Shown: positions 63,352-64,000 of the stretch, piece by piece | How the letters are laid out: the number at the start of each line of letters is the position of its first letter | Numbering within the stretch: the stretch's first letter is position 1 | Assembly (NCBI GenBank): GCA_964016885.1 | Contig: OZ024743.1 | Coordinates: 262,322,001-262,386,000 of the forward strand | Direction: 5' to 3' | DNA from: Eledone cirrhosa | Taxonomy: Eukaryota | Length of the DNA stretch: 64,000 nt | The notes under the pieces: model-generated | The model's database searches: none | Seen by the model: the letters and a program-made list of their open reading frames with translations, nothing else | What the model was told of the DNA's origin: nothing | Program-made: the position numbers and the translations under genes

Positions 63352-64000
63352 GTTTAGACAGATACATAGATTTGACTTCGGTTAGTTTTGATAATGAATG
63401 TACCAGTTATTTAATAAATGGAGCAGCCTGCTCATGTAATTAATGTGTACCCTTAATGAAATTCTCAGGGAGATTCAGCATGATACTGTGTGTAATATGG
63501 CTGGCCCTTTGAATTACAGGTACAGCCCATTTGACAAGCTTCCAACAGTTTCCGTCTACCTAATTTCACTCACAAGGCATGGCTCGATCCTCATGATGTA
63601 GTAAATCACATTTACCCAAAATACCATGCAATGAGTTTGAACCCAGAACCTAATGATTGCAAAGCAAACATCTAAACCATTTAGCCATGCTATGTCCACT
63701 ATAGATTACAGATGCATATACAAACATAAACCTGCAAAGATGCTTGGATAAAACATCATACAAAGCATGATATCAAGGGAGCTGCTACATGACTGTTTGA
63801 CTTGCTAGAATAAACAGCCAGGTCCCCCTTTTATCTCACCTTTCTGTTATTAAAAGTGAATATACTGAATAATATAGTCTTGGGTATACTATAGCTGAAT
63901 AAAAAGACTGGTCGATAATGGTTGTAATGTCTTTGGTCATAGGTTTGCTTCATCAAGTTTGTCCTTGGGTTCACCATCACCACCATCATCATCATCATCA

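Noticed and set aside
50600-64000. Sarcoglycan cytoplasmic/transmembrane exon
   Set aside because: No GIYGWRK-like motif or spliceable TM segment found by eye; hydrophobic ORFs near 51893-52096 come from (ATT)n repeats.

Overview
AT-rich, microsatellite-dense eukaryotic DNA. The SINE/LINE repertoire suggests an octopus or other coleoid cephalopod, though this is inferred from repeat content only. The one host gene I can support is a delta/gamma/zeta-type sarcoglycan on the minus strand: six phase-consistent GT-AG coding exons from 50597 down to the stop at 26546; the N-terminal/transmembrane exon was not found and probably lies beyond base 64000. The rest is mostly transposon-derived: a full-length hAT (Buster-type) element with TIRs and an 8-bp TSD, a CR1 LINE, a near-complete RTE LINE with a PHD finger plus many RTE fragments, a decayed Vingi/Ingi-like LINE, three tandem L1/Tx1 insertions in a (GATA)n array, a CRE fragment, two tRNA-derived SINE families and several MITEs. 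The most unusual signals are: (i) a type I hammerhead ribozyme at 16689-16753 (minus); (ii) two diverged copies of a (TA)n-embedded element whose long palindrome looks like a hammerhead folded back at stem II; (iii) apparent (GATA)n targeting by two Tx1 subfamilies; (iv) a ~1.1 kb element with 186-bp inverted arms. All alignments were done by eye and repeat boundaries are approximate.
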